The translations under genes were made by a program, and so were the position numbers. DNA of 64,000 nt from Actinomycetes bacterium. GTDB lineage: Bacteria > Actinomycetota > Acidimicrobiia > Acidimicrobiales > Bog-793. This document shows positions 63,255 through 64,000 of the stretch, one piece after another. The notes beneath the pieces are model-generated. The model did no database searches. It had not been told where the DNA came from and saw only the letters and a list, made by a program, of their open reading frames with translations. Each line of letters begins with the position of its first letter. Position 1 is the first letter of the stretch. The stretch lies in the NCBI GenBank assembly GCA_021797795.1, contig JAJZZB010000004.1:6791-70790 (forward strand), read 5' to 3'.

Positions 63255-63744
63255 GATGAGCGGCTCGGCTCCCCCGCTGTGAGCCTGACGAGGCTGCAGG
63301 AGTCCGCCCCGGTGGACCTCGGTCCGCACGCTTGCTCCCTCCAAGGAGGCTCTCGACACCCCGCTCGGCCCGCCGCCTCCCGGCGACGAGCGGGGGCCTG
63401 CTACCGGGCTCTCCGGCGATGACCCGGGCGGCACTTCCACCCGCTCGGTCGGCCCAGCTTTCGGGACGCACCACGACCGGAGCGTAGGGGTCGGCCGGGG
63501 CGGAGCGAGGTTGCAGGCGGCGAGGTGACCGGACCGGAGTCGCCCGGCCCCGAGCGGCGGTGCACCGGCGGCGGACAGCGGGCCGGCGGCTCCCCGGTGT
63601 CGCCACGGCGTCCCGCCGGGCTCGGGCGGCAGCTCGCGCCGAGGCCATGGCGTGGTTGGCTCACCCTCGAGCTGGGTAGCACGCGGCGCAAGAGGCCTTC
63701 GCCCGAGCCACGAGGAGCACGATGCGGACGACCAGCGGACGACG

Positions 63745-64000
63745 ATGGGCGGCGTAGCGCCGATCGCCGGCGCCGGCAGCCCGAAGCGCCGGGACGAGGA
63801 GCAGCCGGCCGCCCGCCGGGTCGGCAGCTGGCTCGTGTGGTGGAGCCTGCTCATGGCCTTTTGGATGTGGGTCGACGACTCGCTGCTGCTCCCCGAGATC
63901 GTCGCCGGCGTCATCGTCTCGATCGCCGGCGCCACGCTTGCCGAGGCGGCCCAGCACCAGTCGGCCACGCGCATCCGGATCCGGATCGAGTGGCTCGCCC
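63745..64000 (+). CDS. mnhE: Na+/H+ (monovalent cation/H+) antiporter subunit E-like, 5' part (continues past window end)
   Basis: From ATG 63745: ..RRVGSWLVWWSLLMAFWMWVDDSLLLPEIVAGVIVSIAGATLAEAA.. resembles MrpE/MnhE N-termini. GC3 is high. It is open at the window end, so it is absent from the ORF track. Confidence 0.5.
   Translation, partial: MGGVAPIAGAGSPKRRDEEQPAARRVGSWLVWWSLLMAFWMWVDDSLLLPEIVAGVIVSIAGATLAEAAQHQSATRIRIRIEWLA

Overview
This is a very GC-rich bacterial chromosomal segment; third codon positions are almost all G/C in real genes. It is most likely Actinomycetota. Supporting markers are an HU protein with a Lys/Ala/Pro repeat tail, F420-related genes (cofC and an LLM-class oxidoreductase), mycothiol-type enzymes (PIG-L deacetylase, TIGR03085/DinB-like), a fused PafBC-type WYL regulator, and an Ada-AlkA/Ogt pair arranged as in mycobacteria. 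I call about 55 protein-coding genes, 3 probable pseudogenes, several stem-loop terminators and some regulatory sites. By eye I saw no rRNA, tRNA, CRISPR array, transposase or integrase. Many long ORFs in the track are Arg/Pro/Gly-rich antisense or out-of-frame artefacts of the GC content. I chose genes by family motifs, GC3 periodicity and start/stop coupling (ATGA/GTGA overlaps). Gene content, in window order: acyl-CoA dehydrogenase; RNase HII; a molybdate/tungstate-type ABC importer with an XRE+PBP-like regulator; adenylate cyclase; cofC; hupB; an acyl-CoA ligase; a giant double-FtsX permease with two different ATPases; a type IV coupling protein and a MobF relaxase; PafBC; alkylation repair genes; gadB; hppD-hmgA; a FUSC protein; an ECF sigma cluster with a large sedolisin-type (S53) peptidase; zur-znuACB; an S9 peptidase; a ClC channel; and the start of an mrp/mnh-type operon. 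The most interesting signal is at 18.9-22.9 kb. It is a five-gene cluster of uncharacterised proteins: DUF2249, DUF59, an ArsR-type regulator, a hemerythrin-DUF2249 fusion and a His-rich polytopic membrane protein. Every promoter in the cluster carries the same 16-bp palindrome, TCTAGT-N4-ACTAGA, inside an AT-rich island. The cluster is bracketed by the orphan coupling protein and relaxase. Other points are a roughly 980-bp gene-poor region before the mnhE-like gene, frameshifted gene remnants, and a relaxase whose helicase-like half has lost its NTPase residues. All functional calls come from recognising motifs in the translations. No database search was run.
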